Part shown: positions 9,000 to 18,448 of the stretch, piece after piece | Layout of the letters: each line of letters begins with the position of its first letter | How positions within the stretch are numbered: position 1 is the stretch's first letter | Assembly (NCBI GenBank): GCA_016210485.1 | Contig: JACQUD010000049.1 | Location: 5,066 to 69,065, forward strand | Length of the DNA: 64,000 nucleotides | Direction of reading: 5' to 3' | Origin: Chloroflexota bacterium | GTDB taxonomy: Bacteria > Chloroflexota > Dehalococcoidia > JACQUD01 | The notes under the pieces: generated by a model | What the model was told of the DNA's origin: nothing | What the model saw: the letters and a program-made list of their open reading frames with translations, nothing else | The model's database searches: none | Position numbers and translations under genes: made by a program

Positions 9000-9217
9000 G
9001 GCTTTCCTCTCAGCCTACTCTACAAAGGACATGAATGGATGTCTAGGGCTTTTTATACCCTCACCCCTGTATCCTCCTCTCTCCTGGAAGGAAGAGGGGA
9101 AGGGAAGAACAAAACTGGGGGGCACCCCTCCGATCCCGATGGAATCGGGGTCGGAGTCCGACGAGCAAAGCGTCATCGGACCAAACCCCCGCCAGAGAGG
9201 TTTCCCCTCCGGACTCC

Positions 9218-9943
9218 TCACTTATTCTTCCGCCAGAAATGAAGGCGGCGGGAGATGGCCATCCTCTTGAGCTGCTGGATGGAGTAGGTGGGATTTATAT
9301 ACTTGGGGCAGACTTCGTGGCAGTTGAAGATAGTGTGGCAGCGCCAGATGCCGTCGGGGCCGCTTACCAGGGCCAGGCGCTCGTTCTCGGCCCCGTCCCG
9401 GGAGTCGGCCACGAAGCGGTAGGCCTTGGTCAGAGCGGCCGGGCCCAGATAGTCCTTGTTGGTCCAGACTATGGGGCAGGCAGCGTGGCAGCAACCGCAG
9501 AGGATGCAGTCGATCATCTCGTTGATGGCGTGCCTTTGCTTGGGGCTTTGGGGATATTCCTTCAGGGGCGGTTCCGAGGCCGGCAGCAGATAGGGCAGGA
9601 TGCTTTCATACTTCCGGTAGAAGGGCCGCATGTCTACTACCAGGTCTTTGATCACCGGCAGGTGGCCCAGGGGGCTGATGGTGACTTCTTTGAGGTCTCT
9701 CAGCATGGTCTTGCACGCCAGGCGATAGGCTCCGTTGATGAACATAGCGCAGGAGCCACACACTGCCCCCCGACAGGAGAAGCGGAAGGCCAGGGAACCG
9801 TCCAGGTTCTCCAGGATATAGAAGAGTCCCTCCAGAACATTCATGCCCTCCCTGGCCTCTACGGTGAAGGTATCGAAGCGAGGCTCTGAATCAGACTGAG
9901 GATCGAAGCGGAAGACCCTGAAAGCAACCTGCCTATCCATCAA
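9218..9943 (-). CDS. sdhB: succinate dehydrogenase / fumarate reductase iron-sulfur subunit
   Basis: 2Fe-2S motif SCRGAVCGSCAM, plus CILCGCCHAACP and CHTIFNCHEVCP. Confidence 0.9.
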   Translation of the reverse strand: MMDRQVAFRVFRFDPQSDSEPRFDTFTVEAREGMNVLEGLFYILENLDGSLAFRFSCRGAVCGSCAMFINGAYRLACKTMLRDLKEVTISPLGHLPVIKDLVVDMRPFYRKYESILPYLLPASEPPLKEYPQSPKQRHAINEMIDCILCGCCHAACPIVWTNKDYLGPAALTKAYRFVADSRDGAENERLALVSGPDGIWRCHTIFNCHEVCPKYINPTYSIQQLKRMAISRRLHFWRKNK

Positions 9944-11649
9944 TATCTCCTTGCCTCTGGCGGCCAGCGAGTGATAGTGACGTCCTTCTCGCCCAAGGCC
10001 AGCCCCTGAGGGGTGTAGCGGGCCAGGGTGTGGTGGAGGAAGCGGGCATCATCTCGTTGTGGGAAGTCGCGGCGGAAGTGGGAGCCTCGGCTCTCCTCTC
10101 GCTTCAAGGCCCCGGCCACGATGGCCTCAGCCAGGTCCAGCATTCCCTCCAGCTCCAGGGTCCGGGCCAGGTCCAGGTTGTAGGTTTTACCTTTGTAACG
10201 GATGCTCGTCTGTTGGAACCTCACCTTCAGGGCCCCCACCTGAGCCAGAGCTTGGGATAGGTCTTCTTTATTGCGGAAGATGCCCACCTTGTCCATCATG
10301 AGCTCCGTCAACTCCTGCCTCAGGCCATGGGGATTCTCTCTGCCCTCCCATTTTATGAGGCCGTCTAACTTCTCCTCGGCGGCCTTCAAAGCGACGCCAT
10401 GGGCAAGGGGGGTGTCCCCTGGATTCCTTTTCCCTCTGTCCTGGGCGTAGCGACCGGCAGCCTCTCCCGCCCTCTGTCCGAAGGCCAGGGTCTCCAGGAG
10501 GGAGTTGCCCCCCAGGCGGTTGGCCCCGTGGACGCTGACACAGGCGCACTCCCCAGCGGCGTAGAGGCCGGGGAGTGGCGTCTGCCCCCGGGCATCGCAG
10601 TCTATGCCTCCCATGCTGTAGTGCTGTCCGGGCTGGATGGGGATGGGCTCAGACACCGGGTCCACCCCGGCGAAGTTTATGGCGATGTCCCTGATGGTGG
10701 GGAGACGCTCCAGAATCCTCTCCTTCCCTAGGTGTCTCATATCCAGGAGGAGATAGGCGTCATATAGGCCGCGCCCCTGCTCTATCTCTGTCTCCATGGC
10801 CCTAGCCACGATGTCCCGAGGGGCCAGCTCCATGGCCTCGGGGGCGTAATCCTTCATGAAACGCTCCCCTCGATTATTGAGCAAGTAGGCCCCCTCGCCT
10901 CGAGCGCCCTCGGTGATGAGGATGTTGGTGCCGTAGAGGGTGGTGGGGTGGAACTGGACGAACTCCATATCTTTGAGAGGGGCGCCGGCCCAGTAGGCCA
11001 GAGCCATCCCCAGGCCGGAGTTGATGAGGGAGTTGGTGGTGCGGGAGTAGAGGCGTCCGTAGCCGCCCGTGGCCATGATGACCGACTCTGCGGCGAAGGC
11101 CTCCACCTCCCCGGTGACGATGTTGAGGGCGATGACCCCCCGGCAGGCCCCATCCTCTATCACCAGGGAGAGGACCTGGCGCTCCTCGTAGACGGTGAGC
11201 CTGGCTTTAATGGCCTGCTCGTAGAGGGTGTGGAGAAGCACGTGGCCCGTCTCGTCGGCAGCGTAGCAGGTCCGGGGGAAGCCGCCGCCGCCGAAGGGCC
11301 TCTGGGCGATCTTCCCCTCCGCGGTGCGACTGAAGGGGGTGCCCCAGTGCTCCATCTCGAAGACGCGTTCCGGGGCCTCCCGGCACATAATCTCCACGGC
11401 GTCCTGGTCTGCCAGGTAGTCGCTGCCCTTGACGGTATCGAAGGCGTGGCGTTCCCAGGAGTCGTCCTTGCCCTCGGGGTGGTTGCCCAGGGCGGCGTTG
11501 ATGCCTCCCTGGGCGGCCCCGGAGTGGGAGCGGAAGGGGGGCACCAGGGAGAGGACGGCCACATCCCCGAAGCGACGTGCCTCCAGGGTGGCCCGCAGCC
11601 CGGCCAGCCCACCGCCGATGACGAGAACGGAGTGGTAGAACAATGGCAT
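9940..11649 (-). CDS. sdhA: succinate dehydrogenase / fumarate reductase flavoprotein subunit
   Basis: VLVIGGGLAGLRA FAD fold, HSGAAQGGINAA, HPTT. I chose the ATG at 11649 (MPLFYHSVLVIGGG, preceded by GGAGAT) rather than the longer ORF-track start. Confidence 0.9.
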   Translation of the reverse strand: MPLFYHSVLVIGGGLAGLRATLEARRFGDVAVLSLVPPFRSHSGAAQGGINAALGNHPEGKDDSWERHAFDTVKGSDYLADQDAVEIMCREAPERVFEMEHWGTPFSRTAEGKIAQRPFGGGGFPRTCYAADETGHVLLHTLYEQAIKARLTVYEERQVLSLVIEDGACRGVIALNIVTGEVEAFAAESVIMATGGYGRLYSRTTNSLINSGLGMALAYWAGAPLKDMEFVQFHPTTLYGTNILITEGARGEGAYLLNNRGERFMKDYAPEAMELAPRDIVARAMETEIEQGRGLYDAYLLLDMRHLGKERILERLPTIRDIAINFAGVDPVSEPIPIQPGQHYSMGGIDCDARGQTPLPGLYAAGECACVSVHGANRLGGNSLLETLAFGQRAGEAAGRYAQDRGKRNPGDTPLAHGVALKAAEEKLDGLIKWEGRENPHGLRQELTELMMDKVGIFRNKEDLSQALAQVGALKVRFQQTSIRYKGKTYNLDLARTLELEGMLDLAEAIVAGALKREESRGSHFRRDFPQRDDARFLHHTLARYTPQGLALGEKDVTITRWPPEARRY

Positions 11650-11654
11650 ATCTC

Positions 11655-12029
11655 CTAGAGGAAAGAGAGCAGGGCATAGACCCCGTAGATAAATCCCACC
11701 AGCCCCAGGGCAAACAGCCACCAGGAGAGAGCTCGCAAGGAGCGGCGGCCCATCCCCATATCGGCGGCCACCACCCGGATGCCGTTCAGTCCGTGGAACA
11801 GGGCTGCGGCCAGGAGGACAGTGTCCAGGGCCAGGAAGGGGGGCGAGGCTAGCCTGGCCACCACTCTATCGAAGGCAATGCCCTCGCCGGGCTGGGCCAG
11901 GTGCAGGATAATAATGTGGGCCGCCAGGGCCAGCACCAGCAAGAGGCCGGTGACCCGGTGCAGGAGCCACAGCCACCATTCCCAACCAGGAGCAGGGACT
12001 GTCCGCTTCTCTGCTCTGAGGAAGGCCAT
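11655..12029 (-). CDS. sdhD: succinate dehydrogenase membrane subunit (SdhD-like)
   Basis: 124 aa with three hydrophobic helices. Positioned between sdhC and sdhA. Contains the LHRVTGLLL helix. Confidence 0.7.
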   Translation of the reverse strand: MAFLRAEKRTVPAPGWEWWLWLLHRVTGLLLVLALAAHIIILHLAQPGEGIAFDRVVARLASPPFLALDTVLLAAALFHGLNGIRVVAADMGMGRRSLRALSWWLFALGLVGFIYGVYALLSFL

Positions 12030-12181
12030 CAGTCCACCTGCCGCCAGCTATCGGAGGTTTCTTTTGCCCACCTGCCCGCCCAGTATCGCTCGGGGGCGAA
12101 GCCCCCGAACCCCGGGGTGGCGAAGGACACACTTTGATACAGAGTCCCCAGGGTGGTTGGGAAGGAGAGGAAATGTCTCAT
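12029..12181 (-). CDS. candidate 50-codon ORF in the sdhC-sdhD spacer
   Basis: Hand translation gives MRHFLSFPTTLGTLYQSVSFATPGFGGFAPERYWAGRWAKETSDSWRQVD*. GAGGG lies 6 nt upstream of the ATG at 12181. The stop TGA overlaps the sdhD ATG (TGATG). Third positions are GC-rich. Too short for the ORF track. Confidence 0.3.
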   Translation of the reverse strand: MRHFLSFPTTLGTLYQSVSFATPGFGGFAPERYWAGRWAKETSDSWRQVD

Positions 12182-12190
12182 GGTAGGCCC

Positions 12191-12604
12191 TCAACCTTTC
12201 GGCAGTGAGCGGCCCAGGACGAAGGGTAGGAGGAACCACAGGGTCGCCCCGAAGCTGGCCATCCCCAGCAAGATTGCCCCTGCCAGAAGCTCTTTCTGTC
12301 GGCGTACCCCGATGCCCAGGTCGAAGAGGAGAAGTCGCAGCCCGTTGACGGCATGGAAGATGACGGCGGCGATGAGCAGGAGATCCAGGGCGATGCCCCA
12401 GGGGGTATGAAAGGTCTTGAGCACACGGTCGAACCCACCGCCATCCCCGGCCCAGCGCGCCGAGGAGACCACCGCTATGTGCAGGAAGAGATAGAAGGCC
12501 AGGGCCAGTCCCGTGATGCGGTGGAGCACCCAGCCCCACATGCCTGGCCTGTAGTGAAGGGGCCATCGGTCGGTCAGCCGTTCCTGATAGCGGCCCCGGG
12601 ACAT
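12191..12604 (-). CDS. sdhC: succinate dehydrogenase cytochrome b subunit (SdhC-like)
   Basis: 137 aa with three TM helices and a HRITGLALAFYLFLH heme-ligand-type helix. First gene of the sdh block. Confidence 0.75.
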   Translation of the reverse strand: MSRGRYQERLTDRWPLHYRPGMWGWVLHRITGLALAFYLFLHIAVVSSARWAGDGGGFDRVLKTFHTPWGIALDLLLIAAVIFHAVNGLRLLLFDLGIGVRRQKELLAGAILLGMASFGATLWFLLPFVLGRSLPKG

Positions 12605-12605
12605 G

Positions 12606-13532
12606 CTAGAGCTTCATGACCTTGATGAGCTCCCGCACCGCCTGGGCCGAGCGTTCCAGGGCAGCCTTCTCCTTGGGGCTCAGGGCTACCTCGAAGACCT
12701 TCTCCATCCCATCCGAACCCAAGCGCACCGGTACCCCCAGGAAGACGTCTCTTAGGCCGTATTCCCCGTCCAAATATACGGAGCAGGGCAGAACCCGCTT
12801 CCTATCCAGGAGGATGGCCTCCACCATCTGGGCCACGGCAGCCCCCGGCGCTTGGTATGCCGAGCCCGCCTTGAGCAGTTCCACGATCTCCCCACCCCCC
12901 TGGATGGTTCGGTTCACCAGCCGCTCTATGGTGTCCTCAGACAGAAGCTGGGTGATAGGCATTCCGGACACAGTGGAGAAGCGGGGTATGGGAACCATGG
13001 TATCGCCGTGGCCGCCCAGGATGAAGGCGGTGATGTCATCCACAGAGACCCCCAGCTCCCTGGCAATGAAGGTGCGGAAGCGGGTGCTGTCCAGGATGCC
13101 CGACATCCCCACCACCCGTTCCCGGGGGAAGCCGCTCACTTTGAAGGCGAGGTAGGCCATGGCGTCCAGGGGGTTGGTGACCGCGAGGAGGATGCATCGA
13201 GGGGAAAGGGTTACCACCTGGCGCACTACCTCTCTCACGATGTCCCGGTTGGTGAGCACCAGGTCATCCCGGCTCATCCCCGGCTTCCGGGCCACCCCCG
13301 AGGTGACGACGACAATCCGGGAGTCGGCGGTGTCTTCATAGTTGGTGGTGCCAATGAGATAGGCATCTGACCCATGGAGAGGGCCGCTCTGGAGGATGTC
13401 CAGGGCCTTGCCTTGGGCCAGCCCCTCCACAATGTCCATGAGGACCACATCGGCATAGCCGTGCCGGGCGATATCCATGGCGCAGGCAGCCCCCACGTTG
13501 CCCGCCCCGATGATGGAGACCTTGGGCCTCAT
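12606..13532 (-). CDS. mdh: malate dehydrogenase (LDH-like family)
   Basis: [15 protein letters not shown] Rossmann motif, [22 protein letters not shown]. Confidence 0.9.
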   Translation of the reverse strand: MRPKVSIIGAGNVGAACAMDIARHGYADVVLMDIVEGLAQGKALDILQSGPLHGSDAYLIGTTNYEDTADSRIVVVTSGVARKPGMSRDDLVLTNRDIVREVVRQVVTLSPRCILLAVTNPLDAMAYLAFKVSGFPRERVVGMSGILDSTRFRTFIARELGVSVDDITAFILGGHGDTMVPIPRFSTVSGMPITQLLSEDTIERLVNRTIQGGGEIVELLKAGSAYQAPGAAVAQMVEAILLDRKRVLPCSVYLDGEYGLRDVFLGVPVRLGSDGMEKVFEVALSPKEKAALERSAQAVRELIKVMKL

Positions 13533-14620
13533 CTTCTCAGCCTCCTTATAATGGCGTCGGCCATCTGCGAGGTGCCCACGGCTGAGGGGTCATCTCGGGT
13601 GGGCTTGAGGTCGTAGGTTACCTCCCTGCCCTCAGCCAGGACCTGAGCCAGGGCGGCCTCGGCCCGGTCGGCGGCCTCCCTCTCCCCCAGATGGCGCAGC
13701 ATCATGATGCCAGAGAGGATCATGGCTGAGGGGTTCACCTTGTTCAGGCCAGCGTATCGGGGTGCGGAGCCATGGGTGGCCTCGAAGACTGCAGCCTGCT
13801 CTCCTAGGTTGGCCCCCGGAGCTACCCCCAGCCCCCCCACCAGCCCGGCGCACAGGTCTGTGATGATATCGCCGGATAGGTTTGGCAGCACCCGGATATC
13901 GCATTGCACCGGGCGGATTACGAGCTGCATACACAGGTTGTCTATTATAACATCCTCGAACTGGATGTTCTGATAGCCCTTGGCCACATCTCGGGCCACC
14001 TCCAGAAAGAGGCCATCGCTGAACTTCATGATGTTGGCCTTGTGGATGGCGGAGACCTTCTTGCGGCCGTGCGACCGAGCGTAGTCGAAGGCGAACTGGA
14101 CGATGCGTCGGGAGCCGGCCTCAGAGATGGCTTTAATGGATATCCCAGTATCCAGTCCCAAGCGAGGGTATCCATCCTGAGCTATAGTCTCGATGAGCTT
14201 GGCAGCTCCAGCGCTGCCCCGTTCGAACTCGATGCCGGCATAGAGGTCCTCGGTGTTCTCTCTGACCACTACAATATCTATGTCCTCGTATCGGGATAGT
14301 ATGCCCCGGTAGGACTTGCAGGGGCGGAGGCAGGCGTAGAGGTCCAGGCTTTGGCGCAGGGCCACGTTGACGCTTCTGAAGCCCGTGCCCACGGGGGTGG
14401 TGATGGGGCCTTTGAGGGCTACCTTGTGGCGGCGGATAGAGTCCAGTACGGCCTGGGGGAGAAGTGCCCCTTCTCGCTCCATAGTTTCGGCCCCGGCGTT
14501 TTGCACCTCCCAGCGGAGGGGAACGCCCGTGGCCTCCAGGACGCGGCAGGCGGCCTTAGCCACCTCCGGCCCGACGCCGTCGCCGGGGATGAGGGTTATG
14601 GTGTAAGGTTTTTGGGCCAT
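13529..14620 (-). CDS. icd: isocitrate dehydrogenase (beta-decarboxylating dehydrogenase family)
   Basis: [31 protein letters not shown] closely follows the IDH substrate loop. Also ENTEDLYAG and NLSGDIITD. The 3' end overlaps the mdh start (ATGA). Confidence 0.85.
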   Translation of the reverse strand: MAQKPYTITLIPGDGVGPEVAKAACRVLEATGVPLRWEVQNAGAETMEREGALLPQAVLDSIRRHKVALKGPITTPVGTGFRSVNVALRQSLDLYACLRPCKSYRGILSRYEDIDIVVVRENTEDLYAGIEFERGSAGAAKLIETIAQDGYPRLGLDTGISIKAISEAGSRRIVQFAFDYARSHGRKKVSAIHKANIMKFSDGLFLEVARDVAKGYQNIQFEDVIIDNLCMQLVIRPVQCDIRVLPNLSGDIITDLCAGLVGGLGVAPGANLGEQAAVFEATHGSAPRYAGLNKVNPSAMILSGIMMLRHLGEREAADRAEAALAQVLAEGREVTYDLKPTRDDPSAVGTSQMADAIIRRLRR

Positions 14621-14684
14621 AATTAACCTGTCGAGGTCAGATTATAGCATAAGGGAGGCAAGTGGAGGAAATAAAAGAACGGCT

Positions 14685-16199
14685 TTAGATGACCCTCACC
14701 CTTAGCCACCGTCCCCAGAAGAAGTAGGGGATGTACCCCAGCAGCCGGGCCGCCATGCCGATGACCGACGCATAGCCGATGCCCAGGGGGCCGAGGCTGG
14801 TACCCGAGCTCAGCAGCCATGCCATGGGCAACTCCATCCCCCAGAGGGCCAGGAGGGTGACTACCATGGGCGCCAAGGTGTCTCCGGCGATGTTGAAAGA
14901 TTGTTGGAAGACCATGCCTGTGCCCATGAAGAGGGCGGCCAGGACCTGGATCCGCAACCAGACGGAGCCTAGCGCCACCACATCTGGCTGGCTGGTGAAC
15001 AGCCTGACGAAGTTCGATGGGAAAAGCACTAATATGATCCCCACTGCCACTGACACTATGAGCACATAGATAAGCCCCCAGAGGACCGCCTGACGCGCTC
15101 GGTTAGGCTGGTGGGCGCCCAGGTTCTGTCCCGCCATGATGCCCGAGGCCTGGCCCAAGCCCATGGCGCCAAAGTTAGCGAACATCTCCATGCGTCGGGT
15201 CAAGGCGTAGGCTGCCATGGGCACATCCCCGAAGGGAGCCACCAGCCGTAGTAAAATCAACTGGGCCGTGGCCCGCTCCGTGCCAGCCACTGAGGCGGGG
15301 GCCCCAATCTTGATGATCTGCCGGAGTATGGAAAAGTCCAGCCGGTATCCTCGCAGCGTCAGATGCAGGCGGGAGTAGCCTTTGAAGAGAATATAGAAGT
15401 TTATGCTGCCCCCCGCGATCTGGGCCAGGATGTTGACCAGGGCCGCGCCGGGCAGGCCCATGTGGGGGAACCACCACCAGCCGAATATGAAGAAGGGGGT
15501 GAAGACGATGTGAATGAGGCGTGTCACGAAGGTGGCCATGAGTGGCACCATCACCTCGCCAGTGGATTGAAGGGCAGCACCGGACATCATGCGAAAGGAC
15601 TGGGCGGCAAGGCCGATGAACTGGATGCGCATATACATGGCGGTCTCGGCCTTCACCGCCTCGCTGGCGCCGATAACTCGGATGAGAATATCGGTGAGGA
15701 GCAGGCCGATAACCACCATCAGGAGAGAGTAGGCCCCGCTGAGGGTGAAGGCCTGGAGGGCGACATGGTTTGCCAGGGGCACGTTTCCTGCCCCCACGGC
15801 CCGACTGACCATGGCCCGCATGGCCATATCCAGCCCCTGGCGGGACATCATGCCGACCTGGGAGAAGGTCTGGGCCACGCCCACGCCGGCAAGGGCGCGG
15901 AACCCCCCGGGCAGACGCCCCGCCCAGACCAGGTCCACCATCTGGTCGATGATGTTCAGGATATTTTCCCCTACCTGGGGCCAGGCTAGGAAGGCCAGGT
16001 TCTTGGGGACGCTCCCCGTGGTCAGGTCCCGGGAGGCGTAGAAAGAGGGCCTAGGGCCGCGGCCTCCACCCACCATGCCCGTCCCACTCGCGGCAGATGA
16101 TAGACTTGCCCCTTCTGCTTGAGGCGCACCCGATGAGGTCGCCGTGCCCTCCTGGGGTGGCGTGCCCCCTGGGGGATGTTGCTCCCGGCTCATGGGCAC
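14685..16199 (-). CDS. MATE family efflux transporter
   Basis: 12-TM profile with MATE-type repeats. The ~60-aa low-complexity N-terminal extension may reflect an over-long start call. Confidence 0.8.
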   Translation of the reverse strand: MPMSREQHPPGGTPPQEGTATSSGAPQAEGASLSSAASGTGMVGGGRGPRPSFYASRDLTTGSVPKNLAFLAWPQVGENILNIIDQMVDLVWAGRLPGGFRALAGVGVAQTFSQVGMMSRQGLDMAMRAMVSRAVGAGNVPLANHVALQAFTLSGAYSLLMVVIGLLLTDILIRVIGASEAVKAETAMYMRIQFIGLAAQSFRMMSGAALQSTGEVMVPLMATFVTRLIHIVFTPFFIFGWWWFPHMGLPGAALVNILAQIAGGSINFYILFKGYSRLHLTLRGYRLDFSILRQIIKIGAPASVAGTERATAQLILLRLVAPFGDVPMAAYALTRRMEMFANFGAMGLGQASGIMAGQNLGAHQPNRARQAVLWGLIYVLIVSVAVGIILVLFPSNFVRLFTSQPDVVALGSVWLRIQVLAALFMGTGMVFQQSFNIAGDTLAPMVVTLLALWGMELPMAWLLSSGTSLGPLGIGYASVIGMAARLLGYIPYFFWGRWLRVRVI

Positions 16200-16325
16200 C
16201 GAGCACCCTTGGATTGGAAACGAGGCCGCGTTGCTTGTTGTGGGTTCACCAATCCCAGACTACTTCTCTTCTAGCTGAATCGAGCATTATCAGCTGTTTC
16301 GCCGTTTACCTTGGAGATAGACCCT

Positions 16326-18182
16326 TCACTCCTGAGCAGGCGTGATGGTGGCCAGCACCGCCCCCTTCATCACCTGTGCCCCCGGCTTGAAATGGATGGC
16401 CTCCATCACCCCGTCTATGGGAGAAGGCAAGCTGTTCTCCATCTTCATAGCCTCCAGCACCACCACTATGTCCCCTATCTTGACGCTATCCCCCTCCTTC
16501 ACCAGGTATTCAACCACGATGCCGGGCATGGGGGCGACGATGGCTGCCTCCTCCTGAGTTGGGGCATGAGGTCGGCCTATGGCAGGAGCTGGAGAGATGG
16601 ATACTGGAACAGCCCCCCCAGGGCGAGGCAACCCGATCGGCTCCACCTCTACCTGATAGGGGTGACCCTCGACGTAGACGATGAAGGCCCTCCGTCCTGG
16701 CGCTCGGGGTGAAGCTGAGGAGGACATGGGTTGTATCCTGGCCCGGGCCACCGCCGGAAGAGCTTCCGAAGGTGCCAACTTAGCCGGGGGTGGCGTCTCG
16801 AGCTCATATTTCCGGCGCAGGAAACTCAGGCCAGTGGTGGGATAGAGGGCATAGATAAGGACATCCCCCATGTCCCGAGCCAGACCATTAGTAGCATCCT
16901 GAGCCTGGGATAGCTCCGGTGGTAAGATGTCTCCAGGACGACAGGTGATGGGCTCCTCACCGCGCTCATATCCCTTCAGAACCGCTTTTTGCACCTCGGG
17001 GTCTATGGGAGCCGGGGCGCAGCCATAGAGGCCATAGACATAGTCCTTGACCTGAGCCGAGACCATCTTATAGCGGCCAAAGAGAATGTTCTGCACTGCC
17101 TGGATGCCCACAATCTGGCTGGTGGGGGTCACCAGAGGAGGGTAGCCCAGCTCAGCCCGCACTCGGGGCAACTCCGCATAGACCTCCTCCAGCCTGTCCA
17201 CTGCCTCGGCCTCCTTTAGCTGGGCCATCAGATTGCTGATCATTCCCCCCGGTATCTGATGCTCCAGTACGCCGGGATCGATGACGGATATTCGGGTGTC
17301 GTCCTGGAACTCCTTATACTTGGAAGCAACGGATTCCAGAAACTGGCCCAGGAGAAGCAACTGGTGCAAATCCAACCCCGGATCCCGCTCCGTGCCCTGG
17401 AGGGTCATCAGCAAAGGCTCGATAGCGGGCTGGGAGGTGCGCAGGGCCAGGGGGGCGAGGGCGGTATCCACCATGTCCACGCCGGCCTCAATGGCTTTGA
17501 GGTAGCTCATGGAGGCCATGCCACTGGTGTAGTGGGTGTGGAGGCAGATGGGGATGCGCAGGGCCTCCTTCAAAGCCCGCACCAGGTCGTAGGCGTCCTG
17601 GGGAGCGATGAGCCCGGCCATGTCCTTGATACACAGACTGTTGGCCCCCATCTTCTGAAGGGTGAGAGCCTTATTAACATAGTAATCGATGTTGAAGACA
17701 GGGCCGCCCAGCCGTTTCCCCGTCAGGGAGTAGCACAGAGCGCCCTGGATGTGTCTGCCTGCCTCCCGAATGGCAGCGAAGGCAGCCTCCAGGTTGCGCT
17801 CGTCGTTGAGGGCGTCGAAGACCCGGAAGATGTCTATGCCAACCTCAGCGGCATGAAGGACGAAGGCCCGGACCACATCGTCGGGATAGTGTCGGTAGCC
17901 CACCAGGTTCTGGCCCCGGAGGAGCATCTGAAGGGGAGTGTTGGGTATTAACCCCTTCAGGGCGCGCACCCGGCCCCAGGGGTCCTCGTGGAGGAAGCGG
18001 GTGGCCACATCGAAGGTGGCCCCTCCCCACACCTCCAGGGACCAGAAGCCCACCTTATCCATCTCCGAAGCAATGGGGAGCATGTCCTCGGTGCGCCACC
18101 GAGTAGCCAGGAGAGACTGATGAGCGTCCCTGAAGGTGGTGTCAGTCACCTTCAGGGCACCGGGGTTTCTGCCTTCAGACAT
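16326..18182 (-). CDS. carboxyltransferase 5S subunit fused to a biotinyl carrier domain (OadA / PycB / transcarboxylase 5S type)
   Basis: N-terminal TDTTFRDAHQSL pyruvate-carboxyltransferase TIM barrel. C-terminal biotin attachment site LEAMKMEN. Confidence 0.85.
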   Translation of the reverse strand: MSEGRNPGALKVTDTTFRDAHQSLLATRWRTEDMLPIASEMDKVGFWSLEVWGGATFDVATRFLHEDPWGRVRALKGLIPNTPLQMLLRGQNLVGYRHYPDDVVRAFVLHAAEVGIDIFRVFDALNDERNLEAAFAAIREAGRHIQGALCYSLTGKRLGGPVFNIDYYVNKALTLQKMGANSLCIKDMAGLIAPQDAYDLVRALKEALRIPICLHTHYTSGMASMSYLKAIEAGVDMVDTALAPLALRTSQPAIEPLLMTLQGTERDPGLDLHQLLLLGQFLESVASKYKEFQDDTRISVIDPGVLEHQIPGGMISNLMAQLKEAEAVDRLEEVYAELPRVRAELGYPPLVTPTSQIVGIQAVQNILFGRYKMVSAQVKDYVYGLYGCAPAPIDPEVQKAVLKGYERGEEPITCRPGDILPPELSQAQDATNGLARDMGDVLIYALYPTTGLSFLRRKYELETPPPAKLAPSEALPAVARARIQPMSSSASPRAPGRRAFIVYVEGHPYQVEVEPIGLPRPGGAVPVSISPAPAIGRPHAPTQEEAAIVAPMPGIVVEYLVKEGDSVKIGDIVVVLEAMKMENSLPSPIDGVMEAIHFKPGAQVMKGAVLATITPAQE

Positions 18183-18432
18183 CCCTTCGACTCCGCTCAG
18201 GACAGGCCCTTCGACCCCGCTCTCCGAGCACGGAGTCCGCAGGGCGGACAGGATAAGCTCTTGGGCTCCTGAGTGGCTGGAGTGGGCGGCGTTGACACAG
18301 GCTACAGGACAGCATAAGTGCCTTCCTCCCCCGCCGACGCCAGGGGCTGGAGTGCGGGTGGGGGGGAGCCCCCCTTTCCAGGTAGGCCCATACGGCAGCT
18401 ATGGCAGCGGCCAGGGCTTCTTGGCTTGGCAT
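18175..18432 (-). CDS. possible small acyl-CoA carboxylase epsilon-like subunit; its C-terminal half reads through a repeat element
   Basis: The N-terminus MPSQEALAAAIAAVWAYLE....SPWRRRGRKA resembles the small subunits found between carboxyltransferase genes. The 3' half overlaps the repeat at 18183-18222. Confidence 0.35.
   Translation of the reverse strand: MPSQEALAAAIAAVWAYLERGAPPHPHSSPWRRRGRKALMLSCSLCQRRPLQPLRSPRAYPVRPADSVLGERGRRACPERSRRDV
18183..18222 (+). repeat. two tandem units of the dispersed short repeat
   Basis: CCCTTCGACTCCGCTC-AGGACAGG-CCCTTCGACCCCGCTC. The core GCTCAGGACAGGC is identical to 7948-7960. Confidence 0.65.
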
Positions 18433-18448
18433 TTGTCTCCACTAGCTC

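Noticed and set aside
7750-9217. A restriction endonuclease partner for the methyltransferase.
   Set aside because: Both flanks are shorter than 270 bp, repeat-rich and lack any ORF with nuclease-like features. The methyltransferase is treated as orphan.
8238-9242. Long ORFs antisense to, or out of frame with, annotated genes. Examples are 8238-9242(+), 23397-24695(+), 48143-49468(+), 51576-52928(+), 53248-54705(+), 53306-54202(-) and 10948-11658(+).
   Set aside because: These are GC-rich shadow ORFs. Their translations are Arg/Pro/Gly/His-rich low-complexity strings without motifs. In each case the overlapping frame encodes a protein with unmistakable family signatures.
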